Source of the DNA: Planctomycetaceae bacterium
GTDB taxonomy: Bacteria > Planctomycetota > Planctomycetia > Pirellulales > UBA1268
Assembly: GCA_947459185.1 (NCBI GenBank)
Contig: CANHCU010000001.1
Coordinates: forward strand, 14,463-78,462
DNA: 64,000 nucleotides
Direction: 5' to 3'
In this document: positions 37,475 to 46,041 of the stretch, piece by piece
Position numbering within the stretch: position 1 is the stretch's first letter
Layout of the letters: every line of letters begins with the position of its first letter
Notes under the pieces: generated by a model
Database searches by the model: none
What the model saw: the letters and a program-made list of their open reading frames with translations, nothing else
Told to the model about the DNA's origin: nothing
Translations under genes and position numbers: made by a program

Positions 37475-38600
37475 GACAAGAAGATTCTATCGCGCAGCGG
37501 CTGCCAAGGCGGTCTGGCTGGTTGTTCTGACGGCGGGTTGCAGACCGCCAGCCGCGCCAACTGTGCCAGCCGCGCCACCTGCGCCAGCCGGCACTACCGC
37601 CGACACGTCGGCTCCGGCTGGCGCGCGCCACGCCGAGCGGGTGAGCCAGACGCAGCGGCTCATGGGCGTGCCGTGGACGATCACGCTGTATGCGGAAACA
37701 GCGGCCGTCGGCCGCACGGCGATCGCTGCCGGATTTGCGGAGGTGGCGCGACTCGAGCAGATTCTCTCCGACTACGATCCCCAGAGCGAGCTCTCCCGGC
37801 TGTCTGCGGCGGCTCCGACCGCTGTTCCCGAGCCCGTGAGCGACGACCTGTGGCAGGTGCTCGCGCGTGCCGTCGAGATTCGCGACGCCACGGACGGCGC
37901 ATTTGACCCCACGGTCGGTCCGCTGACGAGCCTCTGGCGGCAGGCCCGCCGTTCGGGCCGACTGCCGCTGCCCGGGAAACTGGCAGCCGCCCGCGAGGCG
38001 GTTGGGCAGGACACGCTCCGCCTCGTGCCCGCCAGCCGGGAATTGCTGCTCACTCGGCCGGCCATGCGGCTCGATCTGGGTGGCATTGGCATGGGCTATG
38101 CGGTCGATCGGGCCGTGGCGGTGCTCAATCACCAAGGCATCACGGCGGCCATGGTCGATGCGTCAGGCGACATTGCCGTCACCGCACCGCCGCCCGGCAC
38201 TGCGGGCTGGAGGATCGCGGTGTCGCCGCTGCCGGACACCGGTGACGGCACTGCTGCACGCGATACCGGCGAGTACCTCCTGCTCACGCATGCGGCGGTG
38301 ACAACATCCGGCGATGCCTTTCAGGCGGTGGAGATCGATGGCCGACGCTACAGCCACATTGTGGATCCGCGGACCGGCATCGGCGTGGCGGGGCCGGCGG
38401 CGGTCACGGTCGTGGCGGCCGACTGCACGACGGCCGACGCGCTGGCCACGGCCGCCAGCGTTCTGGGACCGGAGAAGGCTGCCGCAGTCATCGCGGCCAC
38501 GCCGGACTGCGCCGCCAGGTTCGTCTCGATGGCGGATGGGCAGCTGCAGCACTCGCAGACACCACGCTGGCCTTCCCAGCCTTCCCAGAGTCCCCGCTAA
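37473..38600 (+). CDS. apbE: FAD:protein FMN transferase (ApbE family) lipoprotein
   Basis: Lipobox LVVLTAGC. LMGVPWTITLYA, FDPTVGPL and LDLGGIGMGYAVD are ApbE motifs. Confidence 0.85.
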   Translation: MTRRFYRAAAAKAVWLVVLTAGCRPPAAPTVPAAPPAPAGTTADTSAPAGARHAERVSQTQRLMGVPWTITLYAETAAVGRTAIAAGFAEVARLEQILSDYDPQSELSRLSAAAPTAVPEPVSDDLWQVLARAVEIRDATDGAFDPTVGPLTSLWRQARRSGRLPLPGKLAAAREAVGQDTLRLVPASRELLLTRPAMRLDLGGIGMGYAVDRAVAVLNHQGITAAMVDASGDIAVTAPPPGTAGWRIAVSPLPDTGDGTAARDTGEYLLLTHAAVTTSGDAFQAVEIDGRRYSHIVDPRTGIGVAGPAAVTVVAADCTTADALATAASVLGPEKAAAVIAATPDCAARFVSMADGQLQHSQTPRWPSQPSQSPR

Positions 38601-38844
38601 CAGCCCTTGGCTGGCTGGCTGGTCGTGCGGGTTGCGCAGAACATGACGGTTCTTCCAAGTTTGCGGACTCGGTGGCCGATATCTCCAGAGCCGTCGCTGC
38701 GCCTTGGCGTACGTGTTGCGGGTACGGAGTCGGGGGGCACCGTGCCGGGCTGGGTCGCACAAAACGTGTGACTCCACCCCTTGGGCGCAGCGGCGGCGAT
38801 TTGAACAACGACTGAGTCCACACCACCGCCTTGCGGAAGCCCCC

Positions 38845-40989
38845 GTGCCGCGAACTGCCAGACAACTCTGGGTAGCCCTGACGAGCATCTCGCTCCTCGC
38901 GAGCGGATGTGCGCCCCAGCAGCCGTTCTACTTTTTCGAGGACGGCGACCTGTCGCACTACGTCGGCGCCATCCAGAAGCTCGAATATCCTGACAGCTGC
39001 GAAGAACCGCTCGACGAGTCGGCTGGCACGAACGAGCCGCTGATGCTCTCGAACGCCCGCTTCGACCAGATTTGGGAACTGTCGCTCGAAGAGGCGATCC
39101 GCACGTCACTCGAAAACGGCAAGGTGCTCCGCAATCTGGGCGGCCGTTTCCAGAGCTTCGGCGGTCCCCGACCACAGACGGGCGAGCCGGCTGTTTCTCT
39201 GCTCACGGCCCCCTCGGCGACACCCACGATCTACGACCCGGCGATTGCCGAGACCGATCCTTTCCGCGGTGTGGAGAGCGCGCTTTCGCTGTTCGACGCG
39301 CAGCTCTCCAGTTCGCTCACCTGGGAGCGGCAGAACCGTCCGCAGAACATCGGTGGTTTCATCGGAACGTCGGTGTTCCAGCAGCAGTTCCTCGGCGACA
39401 CCGGCAACTGGACGACCGGCATCCAGAAACGGACGGCAACCGGTGCCACCGTGGGTGTTTCCAACACCACGCTCTACGACAACAACAACTCGCCGATTCG
39501 TCAGGATGGCGTGCCCTCGACGTTCACGACGAACTACGACTTCACGCTCAGTCAGCCGCTGTTGCAGGGTGCGGGCGTCACCTACAACCGGATCGCCGGG
39601 CCCGACCCGTTCGACAACATCTATGGCCGGCCGCTTTTCCGCGGCGTGTTGCTGGCCCGCATCAATGCCGACATTTCGCTGGCCGAGTTCGAGGCGGGCG
39701 TCCGCAATCTCGTCAGCGACACGGAGCAGTCCTACTGGGAACTCTACTTCGCCTACCGGAACCTTGAATCCCGCAAGGCGGGCCGTGACAGCTCGCTCGA
39801 GGCCTGGCGGAAGGTCCACGCGCTTTATGTCGAACAGTCGCGTGGTGGTGAGGCCGACAAGGAGGCACAGGCCCGCGAACAGTATTTCTTCTTCCGCAGC
39901 GAGGTCGAACAGGCGCTCACCGACGTCTACCGCTGCGAGAATCGCCTCCGATTCATGATGGGCATCTCGGCCAGCGACGGCAGGCTGATTCGGCCTGCCG
40001 ATGAGCCGACCACCGCCCGCATCTCGTTTGATTGGCAGCAGTCGCTGGTCGAGGCCCTGTCGCGGTCGGCGGAACTCCGCCGGCAGAAGTGGGTGATCAA
40101 ACAGAAGGAGCTGGAGCTAACAGCGGCCAAGAACATGGTCCTGCCCCGGCTCGACCTCGTGGGCCGCTGGCGGTTCCTCGGCATGGGCCAGGAACTCATC
40201 AATCAGAACTACGCGGCGTACAACGCCAATGGTAGTGACCCGCTCAACGGCACCGACGCCTACTCGACCCTCCTGAGCGGCCAGTTCCAGGAGTGGCAGG
40301 CCGGCGGACAGTTCCTGATGCCGCTCGGCTTCCGCCGCGAACTCGCCACGGTGAGGAACTACCAGCTGCAGCTGGCCCGCGAGCGGGCCCGTCTGCAGGA
40401 CGAGGAACTCGAGGCCTCGCACGCGCTGGTCGAGGCGGTGCGAAACGTAGACACGAATTTTGCGCTGGCCCAGACGAATTTCAACCGCCGCGTCGCCGCC
40501 GAGCGGCAGGTGGAGGCGGTGCAGGCTGCCTACGACGCCGGCACGGTGACGCTCGACCAACTCCTCGACGCCCAGCGGCGGCGGGCCGAGGCGGAGAGTT
40601 CCTACGCCCGCGCAGTCGTGGATTACAACCGCTCCATCTCGTCGCTCCACTTCCGCAAGGGATCGTTGCTCGAATACAACGGCGTCTTCCTCGCGGAGGG
40701 GCCGTGGCCTGGCAAGGCCTACTTCGACGCCCACCGCCGGGCGCGGCAGCGGGATGCCAGCCTCTACCTCAACTACGGCCATTCCCGTCCGGGCGTCTTC
40801 AGCCGTGGGTCGATCACACAGAGCTTCGAATCGATCGGGGCCGATACCCCGGTGACGCAGCTGCCACCGCGGGATCCTGCCACCAAGGAAGATTACGACG
40901 AGAAGAAGGCCCCGCCTGCGCCGGGCACAACGCCGGGGCAGGATACGCGTCCGGGCGTCCCCGAGATGCTGCCGTCACCCCGAGGGTGA
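38845..40989 (+). CDS. TolC-family outer membrane efflux protein (lipoprotein)
   Basis: The ORF is open from TTG 38704. GTG 38845 gives (M)PRTARQLWVALTSISLLASGC (signal plus lipobox) with GGAAG upstream. Two long coiled-coil/beta repeats are typical of OEP/TolC proteins. Confidence 0.75.
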   Translation: MPRTARQLWVALTSISLLASGCAPQQPFYFFEDGDLSHYVGAIQKLEYPDSCEEPLDESAGTNEPLMLSNARFDQIWELSLEEAIRTSLENGKVLRNLGGRFQSFGGPRPQTGEPAVSLLTAPSATPTIYDPAIAETDPFRGVESALSLFDAQLSSSLTWERQNRPQNIGGFIGTSVFQQQFLGDTGNWTTGIQKRTATGATVGVSNTTLYDNNNSPIRQDGVPSTFTTNYDFTLSQPLLQGAGVTYNRIAGPDPFDNIYGRPLFRGVLLARINADISLAEFEAGVRNLVSDTEQSYWELYFAYRNLESRKAGRDSSLEAWRKVHALYVEQSRGGEADKEAQAREQYFFFRSEVEQALTDVYRCENRLRFMMGISASDGRLIRPADEPTTARISFDWQQSLVEALSRSAELRRQKWVIKQKELELTAAKNMVLPRLDLVGRWRFLGMGQELINQNYAAYNANGSDPLNGTDAYSTLLSGQFQEWQAGGQFLMPLGFRRELATVRNYQLQLARERARLQDEELEASHALVEAVRNVDTNFALAQTNFNRRVAAERQVEAVQAAYDAGTVTLDQLLDAQRRRAEAESSYARAVVDYNRSISSLHFRKGSLLEYNGVFLAEGPWPGKAYFDAHRRARQRDASLYLNYGHSRPGVFSRGSITQSFESIGADTPVTQLPPRDPATKEDYDEKKAPPAPGTTPGQDTRPGVPEMLPSPRG

Positions 40990-41016
40990 GACGGCCGACC
41001 TGTATCCCCCGGCTCG

Positions 41017-41242
41017 CGCCGGGGGCTTGTATGGGATGTCATGCGAGCGCGAAGCGTGCGCCGGGGGCTTGTATGGGATGTCGTGCGAGCGCGAAGCGTG
41101 CGCCGGGGGCTTGTATGGGATGTCGTGCGAGCGCGAAGCGTGCGCCGGGGGCTTGCATGGGATGTCGTGCGAGCGCGAAGCGTGCGCCGGTGGTTTGTAT
41201 GGGGTGTGCATGCAAGCCCTGAGCGCGAGCGACGGGATTCCC
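41017..41242. repeat. 42-bp tandem repeat array (4 near-identical copies plus 1 diverged), derived from the interspersed repeat family (locus H)
   Basis: CGCCGGGGGCTTGTATGGGATGTC(A/G)TGCGAGCGCGAAGCGTG at 41017-41058, 41059-41100, 41101-41142 and 41143-41184. A diverged copy ending in a type2-like unit (TGCATGCAAGCCCTGAGCGCGAGCGACGGGATTCC) occupies 41185-41242. Confidence 0.9.
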
Positions 41243-41272
41243 CGACGTAGGTCCAGGCTTTCGCCACGGCCA

Positions 41273-42445
41273 TTAGCGGGCCGCTGGCAACGCTGCCGCG
41301 TCGAGGGCCTGTTTGAGCATGCCGGGGTTTTGCCGTCCGATCCGCTCGAGTTCCTGTCGTGCAGCGGGAAGCGGGCAGGCTGCGAGATATCCGGCCACGG
41401 CGCGGCGGATGAGTGGGTCGTCGGTTCCGAGCGTGTCCCAGAGCCGGGAGACATCGGCCACCGTCTCCCAGGCCTGATACCGGGCCAGATCGACCGTGGC
41501 ATCGGCCGCCACGGCGGGGCTTGCCAGCAGGGCTGCCGTCGCGGCAATGATCCGCTCCCGCGGGATCGCCTCGGTGAGGCTTTCTCCGGCAAATCGCACC
41601 GCGGCGAGCAGATGGCGCTGATCGAGGGCCCGCGCTTCCCGGCCAAACAGGCCGCGGCGCTCGAGAGAATCGAGGCCGGCCTGCCCCTCCGCCACGAGCA
41701 CCCCCGCCAGAACTCCATCGAATCCAGCACGAAAATCGTCGGCGGGAGCCTCGACGGCCCGATGCAGGGCGTCGAGGCAGTCTCGTGCCACCGCGGGATC
41801 GTCCGTGGTGGCGGCGGCCACTCCCAGTAAGAGTCCATAGAGCCCGCGGCGGCGGGCGTCGATCCCCGGCTCGCTCACCCAGGCCCGGAGCCGGGCCGGG
41901 TCGAGCCCGCTCGCTGCAGCACGCACGGCGGTGAACGGCGACAGGCCAAACTCCGTGAACGCATCGGCGGCGATCGCCGGATCGGGGTGCTCCAATCGGG
42001 CGGCGAACCATCGCAGCCGCTCGGCCGCCGGGAGCGTGATCGCCGGTGCGGCCGTCACATAGCCCAGAAGCGATTCGTCGGCCGCGACCGCCGACCAGGA
42101 GCGACCATTTCCCGCGGCCTGTGGGCCTGCCGCCATGACCGTGCCAAAGAGCACGGCTGTTCCGGCGATCGGCCCGGCCACGCGGGCCGGCACGGTCTCG
42201 CCGGCGACGGCGGCGTGGGCCGTGTCGCGGAGCACTTGGTCGATGCGAAATCGCTGTGCGAGAAAACCGCTCGCATCTGGCGCTGCCGTACCCTCCGCTT
42301 CAGCGACCGCCACGGCGTCCGCCGCGTCGCGCCGCTGCGCGAGCGACTGCCCAACCGTGCCGCAGAACGGGCATGCCGATGCCAGCGGCACGGCCAGCAC
42401 GATCACGAGGAACGCGGCCAGGATGGCCGAGCCCGACGTGAACAC
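41273..42445 (-). CDS. exported CPFC-motif helical-repeat protein (paralogue of 46739..48409)
   Basis: GTG 42445 gives (M)FTSGSAILAAFLVIVLAVPLASACPFCG. It aligns with the 46739 protein along its length (RLEHPDPAIAADAFTEFG / HLEDPDETLARDAYDEFA; DLARYQAW / DLARWQDW; YLAACPLP / YLRACPLP). The upstream part of the ORF reads through repeat units. Confidence 0.55.
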   Translation of the reverse strand: MFTSGSAILAAFLVIVLAVPLASACPFCGTVGQSLAQRRDAADAVAVAEAEGTAAPDASGFLAQRFRIDQVLRDTAHAAVAGETVPARVAGPIAGTAVLFGTVMAAGPQAAGNGRSWSAVAADESLLGYVTAAPAITLPAAERLRWFAARLEHPDPAIAADAFTEFGLSPFTAVRAAASGLDPARLRAWVSEPGIDARRRGLYGLLLGVAAATTDDPAVARDCLDALHRAVEAPADDFRAGFDGVLAGVLVAEGQAGLDSLERRGLFGREARALDQRHLLAAVRFAGESLTEAIPRERIIAATAALLASPAVAADATVDLARYQAWETVADVSRLWDTLGTDDPLIRRAVAGYLAACPLPAARQELERIGRQNPGMLKQALDAAALPAAR

Positions 42446-42447
42446 GG

Positions 42448-42518
42448 ATTCCCTCGCTCGCGCTTCGGGCTTGCATGGGAGCCCAGTTGCATCCAAGCCC
42501 GCAGCGCACGCAAGGGAG
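42448..42518. repeat. intergenic palindromic repeat locus I (type2 +, type1 inverted)
   Basis: ATTCCCTCGCTCGCGCTTCGGGCTTGCATGG at 42448-42478 and CATCCAAGCCCGCAGCGCACGCAAGGGAG at 42490-42518. Confidence 0.9.
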
Positions 42519-42564
42519 ATGCACGAGTGCGCACGTCGCGTGCCGAACACTCCCGCCGCCGGCC

Positions 42565-43233
42565 TCACTCGGAACCCCAGCCCGCGCGTTCCCGCTGCAT
42601 CCGCGCCCGCCAGTAGGGAACGGTGCACAAGATCAGCTTGCCCGTGCCCTTGTAGACGTAGGCCCGCTTCTGACCCGAGAGCCAGTAGCTGAGGAGGTTC
42701 TTCGCAGGCCGTTTGATCTGCATCGAAATGCCTTGTGTCCGCGCAACCACGAATGGTCCATCGGTGACGAGCGTGTCGTCTTTGAGTTCCATCTCCTGCA
42801 CCGGGCCATCGACCGTAAGCACGACCTGCCCTTCCCCCTTGAGGGCGGTCTTGTACCACAACAGTCCCTCACCGGCCCAGAAGGACGTGAACATCGGTTC
42901 GCGATGGATCGAGAGTTTGACCTCGCCGTCGCTTGCCCAGAAGCACCGGGTGTCGAGCACCCAGCGTTCTCCGGCCGCCAGCTTCATGATGTGGTAGCCG
43001 CCGAGCGTGGAATCGAGATAGACGGTCCCGGTCCCGCTGTAGCGGGGCCGCACCACCGACTCGTCGGAAAAGAGCGACACCCACCAGGCCTTCAGTGTGG
43101 GCAGCGGCACATCCATCGTGATCGCGCCGAGCATGTGGTTGAGCGCACCCCGCTCTGCCCGCATGCGGTCGTCGTCGAGATCGACCTTCACCCACCGCAT
43201 TCCCTCGGAGCTTTCGACCTTAAATCTCGCCAT
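42565..43233 (-). CDS. AIM24 family (DUF124) protein
   Basis: 222 aa. GALNHMLGAITMD...GTGTVYLDS...GERWVLDTRCFWASDGEV...GEGLLWYKTALKGEGQVVL is the AIM24/TIGR00266 pattern. Confidence 0.8.
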   Translation of the reverse strand: MARFKVESSEGMRWVKVDLDDDRMRAERGALNHMLGAITMDVPLPTLKAWWVSLFSDESVVRPRYSGTGTVYLDSTLGGYHIMKLAAGERWVLDTRCFWASDGEVKLSIHREPMFTSFWAGEGLLWYKTALKGEGQVVLTVDGPVQEMELKDDTLVTDGPFVVARTQGISMQIKRPAKNLLSYWLSGQKRAYVYKGTGKLILCTVPYWRARMQRERAGWGSE

Positions 43234-44545
43234 CGATCAAGACCTCCGGGCCGCGAGTGATGCCCCCCTTCGTCCAGTCACAGCTCCAGCCCGGGAAGGC
43301 GATCTGCGGATAGGGGTCGGGCTCGATGGGGGCGTCCGACTGGTGCACGATGTCAAACTGGTGGTCGGCGCGGATGCGTCCCACGCGAAAATAGCGGGTG
43401 CAGTGCTGCGTCTTGGGGTCGAGCCGCACGGTGCCACCCGGACCGGCGAACGACAGGCCGTCGCAGAAGGCCTGCCGCACCGCCTCCGTTTCAAACGTCC
43501 CCGCCTTCTCCACGGCCGCCTTCCAGAGATGCACGAGACACCAGTCGGGCTCCATGGGATCGCCCGTGACGCGGTCGAAGCCAAACTCACGGCGGAACCC
43601 GGCGATCCATTCCCGGTTGGCCGCGGTGTCGAGGCTCTGGAAATAGGACGAGATGGCGTAGTGTCCCTGGACCTGATGCGGCAGGAGGCTCCGCAGTTCG
43701 TCCTCGGCGATGCTCGTCGAGACCACAGGCAGTTTCGTGGGGTCGATCTTGGCGTCGGCCAGCGCCTGAAAGAGGCCGAGATTGCTGTCGCCGTTGACCG
43801 TGTTGAGCACACAGTCGGCGTTGGAGAAAAGGATCTGTTGGACTGCCGCCGAGAAATCCTGATGTCCGAGCGGCAGATACACCTCGCCGGCGGCCCGAAG
43901 ATCCTTGGCGGCGAGGTACTTCTTGGCGATGAAGTTGGCGGTTCTTGGAAACACGTAGTCGGAGCCGAGCAGGAAGATCTTCTTCTTCGACCCGCCGTCC
44001 GGGCCTGTGAGCCAGTCGATCGCCGGCATGATCTGCTGATTCGGAACGCTGCCTCCGTAGACACAATACTTCGAAGACTCGTTGCCCTCGTACTGCACGG
44101 AGTACAACAGCAGCTTCTTGTATTGCTCAAATATCGGCAGCACAGCCTTACGGCTCGTGCTCGTCCAACAGCCGAACACTGCGACGACTCCAGCCTCGAG
44201 CAACTGCGTTGCCCGCTTGACGAACAGGTCGGGTCGCGAACGCGGGTCCGGCGCCTTCGCTTCGAGTTGGTAGCCCAACAGGCCGCCCGAGCCGTTGATC
44301 TGCTCGATGGCATGCAGTTCGATGTCGCGAAGGGATGTCGCGCTGATCGCCATCGTGCCGGTCTGCGAGTGGAGAAGGCCGACCGGCACGGGTTTTCCGC
44401 GGGAGCGGATGCCGAGCGAGCATCCCACGAAGAGCGAGGGGGCAAGGGCACGGGCGGCTGCGAGTGTGGCTGCCGTGCCGTGGGCCAGAGCCCGCCGCCG
44501 TGAGACGGCGCCGTGACGCGGAGCCATCGGATGTTCAGGGATCAT
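43220..44545 (-). CDS. periplasmic urea/short-amide-binding-type (UrtA/AmiC-like, type I SBP) lipoprotein
   Basis: ATG 44545 gives a twin-Arg plus lipobox signal (SRRRALAHGTAATLAAARALAPSLFVGC). VGLLHSQTGTMAISATS...AVFGCWTSTSRKAVLP...LLGSDYVFPR resembles UrtA/AmiC. No permease or ATPase genes adjoin it. Confidence 0.75.
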   Translation of the reverse strand: MIPEHPMAPRHGAVSRRRALAHGTAATLAAARALAPSLFVGCSLGIRSRGKPVPVGLLHSQTGTMAISATSLRDIELHAIEQINGSGGLLGYQLEAKAPDPRSRPDLFVKRATQLLEAGVVAVFGCWTSTSRKAVLPIFEQYKKLLLYSVQYEGNESSKYCVYGGSVPNQQIMPAIDWLTGPDGGSKKKIFLLGSDYVFPRTANFIAKKYLAAKDLRAAGEVYLPLGHQDFSAAVQQILFSNADCVLNTVNGDSNLGLFQALADAKIDPTKLPVVSTSIAEDELRSLLPHQVQGHYAISSYFQSLDTAANREWIAGFRREFGFDRVTGDPMEPDWCLVHLWKAAVEKAGTFETEAVRQAFCDGLSFAGPGGTVRLDPKTQHCTRYFRVGRIRADHQFDIVHQSDAPIEPDPYPQIAFPGWSCDWTKGGITRGPEVLIDGEI

Positions 44546-44547
44546 CG

Positions 44548-45342
44548 TCAATCCTCGTTCATGCGGCGGTAGAGTGTCTCGAAGGCCTCCGGCGTGATGC
44601 TCACGTCGCCCCGGAACGGCTGGTTCATGTCGATGATGAGATACATCATCGTGCCGAGATAGCTGGCGAGGATGCCGCCGAGCACGAGGTGCGCGATGAA
44701 TTTCATGTCGAACATCCAGCACATCACGATGGTGAGAATCGACCCAAGGACCATCACGTACCACATCGACGCCGGCAGCGCCGACTTCACCGAAAACAGC
44801 CGCATTCGCCGGCACTCGAGGAAGTGATTGAACTGACGCAGGGCCTCGGCGTGCAGAATTTCCTGTGATGGCGTGCGGGGCTCGAAGTCGAGAAGCCTGT
44901 CGTTGAACGCCTCGGCGCGGATCGTCCCCTCCTCCGGGATGATGCCCCGCTGTTGGAGCGGCCAGGCATACTTGATGACGTAACGCGTGTAGTCCCGCAG
45001 CAGCCATCGCAGGTTTTGCCCATGGGGCTCCGGATAGCGGGAAACGTCTTCATAGAGTGCCGAGAGGGCGGCGGCCTCGCGGGTGACGTTCGATCCGGCC
45101 TCGGAGACGTTCTGGTAGGCGGTGACGGCGATGAGGCCGAGCAACAGGCCGTAGAAGACGCAGAAGCAGGAAAGGATGTAGCCGACGATGTCGTTGGCGG
45201 CCGGCGTGTTCTTGACGAACTGCCTGAGGATCGGCCGGATGAAGATCAATCCGAGCCAGTAGAAGCCGACGAACAACGCGATCGACAGCAGTGCCAGTCT
45301 GGCCGGTGGGATGTCGTAGATCCAGAAGAAGTCGGTGTCCAT
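44548..45342 (-). CDS. DUF4239 family membrane protein
   Basis: ATG 45342 (MDTDFFWIYDIP...). Two N-terminal and two C-terminal TM helices flank a soluble helical region, as in DUF4239. The stop abuts the SBP start. Confidence 0.6.
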   Translation of the reverse strand: MDTDFFWIYDIPPARLALLSIALFVGFYWLGLIFIRPILRQFVKNTPAANDIVGYILSCFCVFYGLLLGLIAVTAYQNVSEAGSNVTREAAALSALYEDVSRYPEPHGQNLRWLLRDYTRYVIKYAWPLQQRGIIPEEGTIRAEAFNDRLLDFEPRTPSQEILHAEALRQFNHFLECRRMRLFSVKSALPASMWYVMVLGSILTIVMCWMFDMKFIAHLVLGGILASYLGTMMYLIIDMNQPFRGDVSITPEAFETLYRRMNED

Positions 45343-45441
45343 GATCGATCGCCCCCCAGCGAAGGCGACAAAAGAATACGGGTTCGATGACGGTGGACGC
45401 TCTCGGGAGCACCTCCCCGCGATCGTACCAACGACCACGAA

Positions 45442-46041
45442 TCACTGCACATCTTCGCCATCTAGGGCGTAGATCGCCAGGTGCCGGCCGTCCGGACCCC
45501 GCAGTTCCTCCACTCGGAAGGTGCCGGTGACGGCCACCGGCCGGATCGAAAAAGAGGCTGTTTTCCCAGGTTTCATCCGGACCAAGACGCAGTCGTGGAG
45601 CAGCGCGCCGGGCCCAAAACAGCACTCCATGTTGTCCCGGACCAGCACGAACTGGGTCAGGCCGGTCTGCTGGAAACTCGGCAGGATGTAGCCGCGGATG
45701 CGGATCGGGGTCGTCTCCAGGGCCGTCACCCGGGCGGGCAGCAGGTCGCGGGAGAACGGGTCCCCCTTCTTGAGGTCGAGCTTGATGTCGTCGAACGAGA
45801 TGTCGCGAGGGGTGGCCGGGCGGCCGGTCAGGGGCGTGGGAGCGGCCGGGGCCGGCGGCACCGACTGGGTCGCGACGGCGGGCCGGTCGGTAAGCGCAAC
45901 GGCAGGCGCGGGCTGAGGCTCCACCTCAGCTGGCGCCCCGCACCCGACCAGGCAGCAGGCCATCACGACGTGGCAGAACCGTTTATGGCACCGCTTATGA
46001 CAGTGCGCGTGCAGAACCGCGAGGCTATCTCGCAAAGGCAT
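45442..46041 (-). CDS. DUF3299 domain lipoprotein
   Basis: ATG 46041 gives MPLRDSLAVLHAHCHKRCHKRFCHVVMACCLVGC (lipobox). The C-terminal IRIRGYILPSFQQTGLTQFVLVRDNMECCFGPG is DUF3299-like. The longer ORF to 46140 would overlap the upstream gene by 116 nt. Confidence 0.65.
   Translation of the reverse strand: MPLRDSLAVLHAHCHKRCHKRFCHVVMACCLVGCGAPAEVEPQPAPAVALTDRPAVATQSVPPAPAAPTPLTGRPATPRDISFDDIKLDLKKGDPFSRDLLPARVTALETTPIRIRGYILPSFQQTGLTQFVLVRDNMECCFGPGALLHDCVLVRMKPGKTASFSIRPVAVTGTFRVEELRGPDGRHLAIYALDGEDVQ

Noticed and set aside
41017-41242. Possible CRISPR array
   Set aside because: The 42-nt units are directly adjacent with no unique spacers, and no cas genes are present. It is a plain tandem repeat related to the interspersed family.
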